Assembly (NCBI GenBank): GCA_029717555.1
Contig: JAMDHS010000010.1
Location: 1 to 64,000, forward strand
DNA: 64,000 bases
Direction of reading: 5' to 3'
Origin: Peribolospora baueri
Lineage: Eukaryota
The notes beneath the pieces were generated by a model. The model did not search any database, was not told the DNA's origin, and was given only the letters and a program-made list of their open reading frames with translations. Numbering within the stretch: position 1 is the stretch's first letter; each line of letters opens with the position of its first letter. Of the stretch, positions 51,124-62,250 are shown one piece after another. A program made the translations under genes and the position numbers.

Positions 51124-53882
51124 CTTTGCATCCGTCTCCACTCAAGACTTCGCCCGTCTCGACGGAAGTCTGCATCCGCGACGAAGCCGGTCCGTTCGCC
51201 AAGATCGAGGTCGGGCACAAAATGGCCGATAGGCCCGCACTCTACTCTCTATTCTGCTCCGTTTCACCCGCGCTTTTTCATCTGCGTCAGCGCGGTCGGC
51301 GAGGGACGAATGAAGGCCGCTCGGCCCGCTCGCCGTGCGTGCGTTCCTAGTTAACGGGAGTGACTGTCAATATCCATTAAGTCCGAGCACAGGTCACCTG
51401 ACCCATACGGCGTCGACGACAGAGACGGAAATCTCTCTCTCTCTGTGTACGACGCTGCCCTGATGTAGTGAAGCTCGCATGAGCAAAACCGACCCACACA
51501 TTCGTGCATAGCGACGACGATTCGATGGCCCCGCTGGACCATTGCAAGCACGAAGAGTGTTTAGTTAGTTACCCACTTCGTCGCTCTTCGTTCGTTCGAA
51601 GTGGCGCGCCAGCCGGCTCGAACGAAGAAGCCAGAGAACGAACACTACAGCGAGGTAAAGTTAGGTTACCTACTCGAGTAAGTCGTTTGATTTCTTTAAC
51701 GTCCACGGTCGCCGATGGAAGCATCCGTGCCCCCCGCTGACGCCGGCAAGCTCTGCGGGCGAGACAAGACAGAAACGACGATCGTGTCTGATCATCCGTC
51801 CGTCCGTCGTCGATACAACCGTAGCCACGACGTTACGGCGACTACAGACGTACTGTACATGGTGGCGCCAGCGAGCCGCTTTCCCGACGCAGGACGTGCA
51901 CCTTCTCGGCTCCATCAGGCCTTTTCTCTGTGCCTCTTCTCTGTGCCTTGGTACCAGACCGGCGCCGCCGCCCTCCATCCTTCTTCCTTTTCTTTCGATC
52001 CAAGCTTGCTTGGCAGTTCCGACTCGACGCGACCTAGTTCCAACTTGATATTCGATTCGTCTGTCTTTCTCCTTCCGGTCCGCTTCGCCGAAGGCCGACC
52101 GACCGAACCGACCGACCACCCGCCGGCGGGCCTTTGCTCGCGAACGACCCTCCGAGCTTCCGAGCCCAAATCGCAATCGCTCCTCCGCCAGGCCAAGAAG
52201 AAGAAAACTCGGGACGGCTCCAGCGAGGGACGAACGAAAAAGCTCGGCGACACTCGTCCCGCGACCTTTCTAATTGCCGCGCCTTCATCGCTTCCGTCCG
52301 TTCCTTCTATGTACCCTCCGCTTGTCTGCGGGGCACATCTTCGCGCGGACGTTCACGCGAATCTGACACAGGCGCTACGGGAAACCAGCCCGAGGACAAG
52401 GACGGCCGCGGCATGAAACGCTCGGGACGCGACGCGTGTAAATGAAGTGGCCATTGCGTAGAGCGCTTTCAGTGATATGCGAGGGCGACGACGAGCGGCT
52501 GCTCTAACAAAGTCCATCAATTTGCGCTGACCTGGACGCCGTAGCATCGGGTGCTTCGCATCTCAATCTTTTCTTTCCCCTCGGCTCGGCCGGTTGGCGT
52601 GCACCAGGGCTAAGAAGAGGTGTAGAGACGCTTTCCACCTTGGGGTAGACTCTACACGACTCGGACGAAACCTGCGGGAGGGTAGGATTAGACTCAGGAC
52701 CAGGACACGGCAAACGAACCGAGGCCCGTCGACGTCGTAACGCATGCCCCCATTCGCGCGCTCCTCACTCGTAGAGCGCATCTTATGAGCTCTGCTTACA
52801 AGTTCTCTCTTCCCCTCGTTGTGCTTTTACTGGTAAATGTCGTGGTCTCACCGTCCCCTTGGTATGGGCTTGTCCTTCCTACTTGCCAGTCTCAGGACAG
52901 CTCCTAGCCACATCGATCGCCAGCGGGCCTAACTGGCCTCTGGCCTCTTAAGTATCCAGGGCCACCGTTTGCCCGTGCTGGACCCGTAATCGAAGGCTTC
53001 CTTCCCCTCACTCAGAAGACTCTTCCTTTCCCCACCCTAGCCCCCCATCTCGAACGTCGACCATGTCCGCCACGCCGGACTTGAAGAGGAAGGGGAGGAC
53101 GAAGGGGACGCACGCGCGGGGAAGGGGGACGAGCTCCGTCAATCCTATGAAGATTAGACGTCGTAAGCGATTCAGAAGAGCCCGAGAGGACGTTAAGATG
53201 GGTATTCAAGCAATGAGGGCGGGCAGTAAGAGCCTTCCTCATCCTCCTCTGCAGGGCGCTTGTAGCCGTCCCGTCTCCATGAACGTGCCGTCAACGAGCG
53301 CGAAAAGGTGTCTCCGCCGTGGTGGGGAACGGGGGCCTCGATCCATACGAGGGTGAACGTACCATCCTTGTCGTTCCGCTGGTTCGCATCGGTCGCGCGG
53401 GCTGATTGTCCGAATTGGGGAAGCGTCGATTTTATGCGGTTGCGGTTAGTTAGAGGAGCAGGAGAAATGCCGGAGTCCTACCTAAGTACTCTCTAGCCTT
53501 CCAACGCGCAAGCGCAGAGCGGTTATAACCACACACACGAATGTACCTTCGCCTTTGTAATTTCAATGTCGTTTCTTTGTTCGTTACGGAAAACCTCGCA
53601 CTTCAAAGCACTCCCTTCCACACGCCTTGCTGTAGTCGCGAATATCCATCAGTGTCCCGAGAAGCGACGCTCAGATCTTGGCGGCGATCGGCCCACACCT
53701 CGTTCGGAGCGAAGCAGCGGTTCACCACCGACTTTTGAGTAAGCGACGATCAGTTAGTTTGTTCAGCTGGCGCCTAGTGAACAGCCGCCGCCGAGGGCGA
53801 GCGGAAACGATGGTGGAAGAAGGGTTTGTGTCGCGCCTTGGAAAAGCGTCTTTGTGTTTTACCCGATCAACAAGCCCATCGC

Positions 53883-53932
53883 GGACCCCCCCCCCCCCCC
53901 CCCCCCCCCCCCCGGACCCCCCCCCCCCCCCC
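53883..53932 (+). repeat. Tandem GGA-C28 / GGA-C16 homopolymer runs (poly-G on minus strand)
   Basis: C runs at 53886-53913 and 53917-53932. Confidence 0.9.
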
Positions 53933-54502
53933 AACAATGAGCGGGCCGGTCCGCCGCCAGTCTGATAGAAAGGAGGGCGAGGAGAAAAAAAAGCTCTGCG
54001 ATCACGTCGACCCCGTGGAAGAAACGGACAGAGATGAAAGCGCAAGAGGGGAAGGAGCGGAGGGGCTGTCTTACACCGACAAATGGTGTCGCAACGCCTC
54101 GCAGAATCGCTGACGATAGTCATCGAGGACACGGCACCGGCGTCGACCTGGGCTACTGCCCATAGCATGGCCTCCACGGACGATATTGGAAAGCACCTCA
54201 TCTAACCACTCGACATCCTGCCATTAGACACCAAATGAGCTCACAGACGGCGCCAAACCATCTGCGGACCGACGAGGAACGAGGGCCTGCACGTTTGGAC
54301 ACCGGACAACAATAGGACAGTCCCCAGTGGGAGCTAAAGAAAGGCTGGCATGCGTGCGCGTTCCCTCTTCGCAGGAAGCGAGGTCATAGGAGTTTTGTAC
54401 AGGTCAGAAATGATGCGTGGGGTGACCGGAGGTAGGTCCGAAGGAGAAGGAGCGGCATGGATGCGAAGCAGAGGGAAGGGTGATGATCGGGATCGGAGTC
54501 AC

Positions 54503-55407
54503 TCAGAACTGACAGAGATGAAATCGCGAGCGCGAGCCGCAAGGAAAAATTCAGTATTGGAGATCACGAGATACGAGAGAAATGAATGAGGCTAATCAGA
54601 CAAAAGAACGCCGACTCACCCTGAGCTGAGTGAAGAACCACTTGTTCTTGCCGCTCTGGTAGCGCTCCTCGAACAACTTCTTCACCGTCTTCTTCGCATC
54701 CTCTCGCTGGGACGGCTCACGGAAGGTGTCGGGGACGACAGCGCCCTTGAGACCCTCGAGCTCGAGAGCGTAACGCGTCGGCATCAGGTGGTTGTAGTTG
54801 ATGACCTGCGGTCGCAGAAAAGGTACGTCCGAATCGTCAACACTGCCTAATTCTAATCATTCCATGACAAGCTCTCTCGGCTCTGCCTAGTCTGTTCCTC
54901 GCTGCCAGGCTAGAAGAACAAGCAACGACCTAGCAAAGGCAGGCACTCACCTTAATGAAAGGCTTGACCTTGCTGCGCTTCGCCAGCTTCTTGGCGCCCA
55001 TGGATCGGGTCACCTTGAGCGGGTAGCGCTCAATACCGGCAGCAATGACGTGGGGGTACGCCCGCTCCTTGGTGCCCTCATCGTACTGCTTGATCACGAC
55101 AACCTGGCGAAACAAAGCCAGACAGTGTAACACAGCCAGCTCCGGTGAGCGCGAGATCCATGGCAAGATAGAGCAGCACCGCAATGGTCTCCACCAATCT
55201 CTTTCCCTCTAACCGGTTCGCTTTTCCATCCATCACCTCTCCTACGTCTCTCCGTCCCAGAAGCACGGGCTACTTTCACTCCCGCCCACGCTCGCCCTTC
55301 GAGGTGCACCGACAGCTCGATTCCACGACACGGATGCCTACCTTCTTGCCCGCATAACGACCCTGGAGGACGACGGCAACCTTGCCGGGCTTGTAGACCT
55401 TGACCAT
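54503..55407 (-). CDS. RPL27: 60S ribosomal protein eL27 (4 coding exons; last is TTC TGA)
   Basis: [84 protein letters not shown]. Confidence 0.97.
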
Positions 55408-55553
55408 TTTGCTGCGTGACGGGAGGGCTGAACTTGACGAGGGTCTTTTTGAACGGTGAGCAAGCGTTGGAAGATCGACGGGCCAACCAACCAGTTCCAC
55501 GCTGCGGTGATGGGGTAGGGTTGCTGGGAGCGCGCGAGCTATGTAGTCAAAAG

Positions 55554-55635
55554 AAGTAGGGTTATCATCCCAAAGCAGCAATCATAACCCTACTTTCGTA
55601 TCTATGCGCACGGGCCACGGTAACGATTAGGGTTT
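55554..55635. promoter_or_regulatory. Telobox/Tbf1-like sites in RPL27 promoter, including a perfect 12-bp inverted repeat
   Basis: AAGTAGGGTTAT (55554-55565) and ATAACCCTACTT (55584-55595) form an inverted repeat with an 18-nt spacer; TTAGGGTTT at 55627-55635; a further TAGGGTT at 55516-55522. Confidence 0.6.
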
Positions 55636-55723
55636 ACTACCACCTCTCTTCTATTACCACAGTACTAGCTGCGACGTTTGTGAAGAGACTCCAATACAGC
55701 GGAGTTTCCCCTTCCGCCCTCGT

Positions 55724-57682
55724 TCATCTGATACCGTCCCACTCGCCTTCTTCCAATGCGAATCCCATATCATCCGCCTCAGCTTCAACCCCCTTAAGCT
55801 TCTGATCGGCCCAGTTGGCCAAATCGTCCGTGAGGAACGACTCGTCCCTCAGAGCGGGATGAAGGCGTAGTTTCCGTGCCGCAAGGGACTTTGCCGCTGC
55901 CGCAGGCGGAACTTTGCCGGACGTCGCCTGAGCACGACCTATCGTCATCGCGGGTGCGCGAGACCCTATTCTCGGTGCGGCGACATTCCGAGCCATTGTC
56001 GGGAAGGTGGTCTTGCTGCTTGTTGTCGACACATTCCGCTTGCGAGTCTCGTCGCCAGCAGGGCGCTGCTTAGAAGTGGAAACGGTAGGCGCGGCCGGAG
56101 TCCGGCGAGCTGGGCGCTGAGCGCGCAGAGTCGGGACAGGACCGGGGTGTCCCGATAAGCTTGACGTCCTTGATTGAATCGTTGAGACTTTGTTCGACGA
56201 TGTACCCGTTGATGTTGTCGACGAGGTGGCAAGCTTGGTCGACGACGTAGGGCCGGTGCGACTGGGACCTGAGGTAGAGTGTGGCGTGCGCGCCAGAGGG
56301 GTTCTGGCATGTGCGATGGACGTAGGCCGAGAGCGGGCAGCTACCAATCCTGAGCTTGATGACATGGGAGTGGGCTTCCGGCGAACCGAGACCTCTTCCA
56401 CATCTGGCCACATATCCTCTTCCTCGCTTTGATCGACCTCTTCCTCGCCTTCGCTTCGCCGGCCGAGCCTGCCAAAGAGACCGCTCAGGGGAGGAACGTC
56501 AAATGACTCTGCCTCATTAAGCCAGACAAGGGGACCTTGTGGGGGCGAATGACCGCCAAACTCGGACAGATCAAGGGACGGGCTGCACCAGCCATAAGGT
56601 CGAAAATCACGCAAGGCGGCGCCAAGTTCACCGGCAGGGGGCAAGTCGAAAGGCAGATCGTAAAGGGGCTCTGCTTGGAAACGAGCAAGATGACGAGGCA
56701 AGCGAGACAGGAGAACTGAGCATGATCCGGAGACGGGGTGTTGGAATGCGAGAAGAGCTGGGCGCACCTGTGGTATGTATGCTAGGCGGCATGTACTCGA
56801 TCTCCGGGTACAGTTCTTCCTCCGCCACCTCTGTATCCTTCTGCTCAACGGTTGGCTCCTCCTCGCGTGGCACGCCGCTCATCCTCCTCTCCAGTTCGAT
56901 TTGAGCGTCCATTACCTCCCCGAATCTTGCTTTGGCAGCTCCTGCCGCGCCAATGTTAGCCGCAGGTGTAATGAAGCTGTTGACCATGGGCAACTCTCGC
57001 GTTGCCTGGGGCGGCGTCATGACCGTTAATTGCGTACTATCTCCATCATCCTCAGCAACTCCTCCTGCATCTCCACGCTTGTCCTTGTCCTTGTCGCCAT
57101 CAGCACGAGCAGGCGTGCGACTTAGAGAGATTCGTCGACTGGGCCCGCTCTTGCCTTTGTACGCAGGAGCTGGAGTAGCAAGTAGATCCGCTCGCCTCGA
57201 TGCTGGGGTGGCGTTCGTCTTGTCGCCGAGAGCGCCACGGCGTCCCGTGGGAGGAGGTTGGAGAGAGCCCTTGGAGCCTTTGACCGGACTCGAGCTGGAA
57301 TTTTCGATGTGCGCGGCCTTATTCTTAAACAGCAGTTTCGGGCCTAAAAGAATTACGGGGGAATGGAACAACAAGGTGGAAAAGTGGAGAGTGAGCCTTC
57401 TCTCTTAGGGATTGTGGCCTCGGCGTGTCAAGCCGACTCCAACTAAGCTTGACCCAACTCCTGCACGTACTCGCCTATGCTCTCCCCGTCTGCCTTTCCT
57501 GGCATCTTGGAGGCTAGACCCAAGCGGCTACGACCAGTCGTCATAACTTTGGAATTTTCGTCTCCGAAAGTAACCTTACCCCGCAGGTGGCTAGGGCCGG
57601 GCGTCTTGGACGCCATCGAAGACTGGAGATGGCCGTACGGCACAGCGTTCTCCTTGTTTGGAGCGAACCGAGTGTGTAACAT
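55724..57682 (-). CDS. Securin (separase inhibitor; Pds1/Cut2/PTTG functional analogue), 3 exons
   Basis: KEN box (NKEN) near the N-terminus, D-box RGALGDKTN, separase-binding EIEYMPP followed by EPLYDLPF, low-complexity remainder. Confidence 0.8.
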
Positions 57683-58461
57683 GGCCGGGAACCACGTATG
57701 AAGAGAAGAGGGTGCTACTGTGTGGAATGTGTAGTGCAGTTAAGGAAGCGAATATGAAGCAAAGGATGATGTGAGAGTGGAAGTAGGGAGAGAGGCGGTG
57801 GTGAGGTGGAAGGGAGAGGGGACTCGATCGCGGACGTACGCGACGCGACATTCGAGGCCGATCACGTGCAGGAGCGCTCCAGCGGCCTGAAAAATCTTCG
57901 TCGTCACCGCGCTTGCCGCCCCTCCTGCATCATCCGCTCCATCGATCCAAGCACCGGCCAGCCCGTTCATCCATCTACCCATGCATGCGTCAATCCAGCA
58001 TTGGCCTGACGACTGCAGACATGCTCTTCCGCCTCCTCTAGCTTGCTTGCCATAGCCTTTCTCAGCTTCAATTTTTACCTTCGCCACCACCTCTGCAGCC
58101 CTATTCGCCCAAGTCCTTGCTTTAACGTCGTCGAACGCGGTCACGCAGGTCTACAAGCTCTTGTGTTCATTTCTTTCGTCTTATCCTCGCCCGAATTGCT
58201 GACTCTGGCGAAGGGGCTTCACAGACTTGACTTCCTTTCTTGTGCGTCTCTTCGCAGCCTTCCAACATTCCTAATCTCACGGCGTCGGCTAGCGTCTCCA
58301 CTGACGACTTCCTTACCACTCGTCTTTCTTGCCTCTCTCGTCGCACTTTAGCCTATCTATTTTATACACCACGTCTATAGTCAAGCCTTCATACCCCTTT
58401 ACATCCCTCCTTTTCCATTTCAGCACGACATTGCTTTGTCTCGCTTCTCGCCGACCTTGCC

Positions 58462-61400
58462 ATGTCCTCCACTGTGCCAGCAGACGAGGCGGTAGTCTCA
58501 TCCTCACCCTCTCGTCACCAGGAGTTTTCGGCAACCTTTTTATCCCCGCCTGATCAATCCCGTCCAGAGACCCAACAGGATCTGCCAGACGGTGCCGTGG
58601 ATAGGACGACCGTCTCTCAACATCCCGGCGTGGCTTCGGCCACCGTCGCCTTGTCTCCTTTTTATCCCTGGCCGGTTGAAATGGGGCAGACATCTTCGAG
58701 CTCTCCAGGCTCTTCGGCGAATCCCTCTGCAGGCTCATCCCGGACCATCAATCCTACTCAAGCTCAGGATCCAAATGGCGTCGAGCCCAAGGCGACCGCG
58801 TCTCACGACGTTTCAAACGCTCCCACATCCGGCTGGTCTTCCGGATTCACTCTCTTTGGCCTCCCCGGCTTTCCGACGGCTGCCAGCTTTGAGTCGGATA
58901 TGGCTGCCAGCTTGGAGAGTTTGAGGAGGATTAGGGACGATCTGATGAGAACGAGGGAGGATCCGCCAGGTTCCGCAGAAAGCACAACGGCCACTGATGC
59001 TACGACGGCCAGTTTGCCCAAGGCACCGAAGTTGGAAGAGGAAGCGACGGCGGACAAGCATAAGGATGATGGACGACTTACGCCAGTTGGAGTAGGTGTT
59101 CCAGGACAGACGACAGGAGATGACGCACGGATCGTTCCACCGGCCTCGAACCTTCAGCCTGCGGATAACGCTGCTAGCTTGGAGAGTTTGACGAGGATTA
59201 AGAACGATCTGACGAGGACGGGCGACGGTATGATGAGGGAGGGCTCGCCTGGGTACGCCGAAAGTGGCACTGTCGCTACGGCTGTCGGCTTGTCCGACAC
59301 ACTCGCATTGGAAGAGGAAGCGATTACGGGCAAGCATGAGGAGTATCAAGCGCCAGCCTCAGATGCTCAGCGTGAGGGGGATCACCAGGCGTCATCCTCA
59401 GAAGCTCAACCTGCGGGGGATTATCAAGTGCCAGCCTCAGTCGCTCAGCCTGCGGGGGACGCAATTATCGAGGGCGGCATTCCTTCTGCTAACGTGACCG
59501 AATCCACGCCAGCGGGAAGCAAGCGGAAATCGGAAAATGTCGATGCCGACGAGCTGGCGAAGCGGCGGCGGACGCTAGGTGATGCTGCGACCGACAATGT
59601 CAAGATGGAGCCTCGCTCGGAGAGTCCTCTCATCGAGGTCAAGAGTGAACCTGGTCTGCAGGCACTCTCGCGGGACCCTTGTCCTGCCACTGCCACCATC
59701 GCTTCTGAGACGCTGCCGAAGAAACCCTCTCGATTCGACCAGCTGCCGTCTGCGAGTGAGCCGCCGTCTACGAGTGCGCCGCTTTCAAGCACGAGCACCG
59801 CGCCGTCGGAACAGCTGCCTGCCCGTCCGGAGGAAGCAAGGCCAGCATCGGAAACGTCCAAGTCAGCCGAGCAGACTTCCTCTCCCGAAGACGTCGCTGC
59901 AAAGGCCGGTGCCGCTTCGGCCAAAAATGCGGAGGTCGCGGAACGTCTTCGTCAGCTGCAAGCCAAGTACAGCAAACGGCCAGACAAACCAACGATTAAG
60001 AGAACTGGTCCTGGATACGGGGTTTCGAAGGCCACGCCACTTCAGAATTCCACGTTACCACAGCCGCCGGCCTCGGTTACCGCAAGCGCGCACACGAAAA
60101 AGGCAAGCGACAAGCTAGCTGCAAGTGATCCAATCAACCGTTTCCCTCAGGGGGCTTACGACGGCAAACGGCCCGCAGGTTACCGGGAACTGGCTCCCGA
60201 CAACGCAGAACCACCTCAGAGTCTACCTGCTCAAACGTGGGCTTCTGCGACTTCCGTGCCGCCGCAGGCATACGATCGGGCCGGAGCATACGACAGAGCC
60301 CCTGCACCGAGGACTCCATGGCTCGAGGAGAAACCGCCAGGTGTGCAGGAGAGAGGAGGCGTATGGGACCAGCAGGTAGGCGCGTCTAAGCCGAGCGACT
60401 GGGCGCTTTCTTCCTCGCCAACCACCCATTCGCATATCGCTCTAGCCGGATGGAATTCAGACAGCCGTCGGGATTCGGGTATGCGACCCCCGCCCGCGCC
60501 GTCTTTCCCTCCACTCCCCTCCGAACGTGTCGTAGAGTCGGCACGGTCATACGTCGGTCGCAGTGCGACCCCCCTACCGCGCACGGATGACATGAGCGCT
60601 GAGGAAAAGCTTCGACTGTGGGAGAGGTGTCAGCGAGAGAGACTCCGGGCGGACGTGCAAAGTTCAGTGACGTCGGCGGGGAACGCGGAACTCAAGTTCG
60701 ACCCGACCAGGCCTCCTCCCGACATACGACCTGTTCCGCCGGCGCCACCTACCCCTGCACCGCCTCCGTATTTTCGCAGAGAGGAGGAAGAGTCGAGGCA
60801 GTATTATCGTGTTGGCCTGGACAGGTCGTACTCCCCGCCTAGAGCCAGTGGATATACACAGCAAAGCTCTTACTCACCTGCGAATTCCGCCCGACCGCCT
60901 CCGCCGACGGAGCCGTCTTACGCAGAGAGGAGGGAACCGGTGGGAGGACCACCGTATGGACGTGGACGGCCGGCGGGAGGGGCGCAGGAGGAAGAGGAAG
61001 AGTATAATCCCTTCCAACCTTTGCGGATCGACAAGCTTGCCGCGGTACGCCCACCTCCCACGGCAAGCGGCGGTGCGCCGTATCCACCTCCGTCGACGCC
61101 AAGCTATCCTCCTCCGGCGGAGCTTGGGCGGTCCACCGCTTTCGACGGGTCTGAGAGCGCTGGTTTGGCGAAGGATCATAGAGAGTTCACCCGGCGGCCG
61201 CCACCACCGCCACGCCCACCACCGGCGTTCACGCCGTCCACGGCGGTCGATCCGGGGAGTTTGGCGTCGTACCGCGGTGGTTATGATGGGCCACCGCCGG
61301 GGTATACTCCGAGAGAGCGGTACGGAGGTACGCCGTGGGGGCCATCGCCACCGCCGGTCCGGCGGGAGTCGTACGGATACGATGATCGTGGAGTCTCGCG

Positions 61401-62250
61401 ACCTGCTCCGCCGGATCGCAGGTCCTACGACCGATCCGACGGGCGAGGGCCGAGCGATGTGGGGCCTCCGCCGCGTCCGGGAAGCAGCGTTTATGAGAGG
61501 CAGTACTGTCCGGCGGAGGCGCCGAGGTACGCCAACTACCCTCCGCCGTCGTCGGCAGCAAGCGCGGGGCGTGCTCTGTCGTCGGATTATGGGTCTGCGC
61601 CCCGTCCCCGTCCGCCGGCGGTGGAGTATGGTTCTCGCGACGATCGCGCGTCGTCGCGAATGTATTCATCGTACGAGAGGCCGCCGCCGCCGCCGCCTGC
61701 GAGTTACGACGAGCAGACGCGGCGCAACCATGGCTCTCCGCCGCCGCCACCGCCGCCGCCACCACCGCGCGTAGATGCGTACGATGTCTACCGACAGGGG
61801 TTCGCACCTGGGCGAGGGTCGTTGGAAGGACGATATGGTGAAGAGAGGAGAGCGGTGGTCGGCGGCTACGGATCTGGGCAGGACGGGATGGGATCGCAGA
61901 GAAACGGTGAACCGCCGGCGCCGGTGCGGCCGTCGTACGATTCGAGCCGCTGGCCGCCGGCGCCGGCAGGGACGGATGGACGAGATGGATATGGGAGGAG
62001 CGCTCCTGTGCCTGTGCCCGTGCCCGTCCCTGCTCGGCCGTCCGGGGGCTACGGCGGATACGCGCCTGGACCGGCGTCTGCGGCGGACGCGGGGAGGTAT
62101 GGTCGAGGACCGCGTCCACCGTCGCCGCCGCCGCACCACCCGCACTTCGAGGACGTCTACGCTGGCCGGCCTCCGCCTCCGCCGGAGTACGCGGGCAGAC
62201 GGGCGGCCGGGGGAGGGTATTATGGGCCGAGGAGGGATGGGTACGGCTAA
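58462..62250 (+). CDS. Single-exon 1262-aa low-complexity protein with Pro/Tyr/Gly/Arg-rich C-terminal half
   Basis: Uninterrupted 3.8-kb ORF; internal duplications; bipartite NLS-like KRK..KRRR; no recognisable globular domain. Confidence 0.75.
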   Translation: MSSTVPADEAVVSSSPSRHQEFSATFLSPPDQSRPETQQDLPDGAVDRTTVSQHPGVASATVALSPFYPWPVEMGQTSSSSPGSSANPSAGSSRTINPTQAQDPNGVEPKATASHDVSNAPTSGWSSGFTLFGLPGFPTAASFESDMAASLESLRRIRDDLMRTREDPPGSAESTTATDATTASLPKAPKLEEEATADKHKDDGRLTPVGVGVPGQTTGDDARIVPPASNLQPADNAASLESLTRIKNDLTRTGDGMMREGSPGYAESGTVATAVGLSDTLALEEEAITGKHEEYQAPASDAQREGDHQASSSEAQPAGDYQVPASVAQPAGDAIIEGGIPSANVTESTPAGSKRKSENVDADELAKRRRTLGDAATDNVKMEPRSESPLIEVKSEPGLQALSRDPCPATATIASETLPKKPSRFDQLPSASEPPSTSAPLSSTSTAPSEQLPARPEEARPASETSKSAEQTSSPEDVAAKAGAASAKNAEVAERLRQLQAKYSKRPDKPTIKRTGPGYGVSKATPLQNSTLPQPPASVTASAHTKKASDKLAASDPINRFPQGAYDGKRPAGYRELAPDNAEPPQSLPAQTWASATSVPPQAYDRAGAYDRAPAPRTPWLEEKPPGVQERGGVWDQQVGASKPSDWALSSSPTTHSHIALAGWNSDSRRDSGMRPPPAPSFPPLPSERVVESARSYVGRSATPLPRTDDMSAEEKLRLWERCQRERLRADVQSSVTSAGNAELKFDPTRPPPDIRPVPPAPPTPAPPPYFRREEEESRQYYRVGLDRSYSPPRASGYTQQSSYSPANSARPPPPTEPSYAERREPVGGPPYGRGRPAGGAQEEEEEYNPFQPLRIDKLAAVRPPPTASGGAPYPPPSTPSYPPPAELGRSTAFDGSESAGLAKDHREFTRRPPPPPRPPPAFTPSTAVDPGSLASYRGGYDGPPPGYTPRERYGGTPWGPSPPPVRRESYGYDDRGVSRPAPPDRRSYDRSDGRGPSDVGPPPRPGSSVYERQYCPAEAPRYANYPPPSSAASAGRALSSDYGSAPRPRPPAVEYGSRDDRASSRMYSSYERPPPPPPASYDEQTRRNHGSPPPPPPPPPPRVDAYDVYRQGFAPGRGSLEGRYGEERRAVVGGYGSGQDGMGSQRNGEPPAPVRPSYDSSRWPPAPAGTDGRDGYGRSAPVPVPVPVPARPSGGYGGYAPGPASAADAGRYGRGPRPPSPPPHHPHFEDVYAGRPPPPPEYAGRRAAGGGYYGPRRDGYG

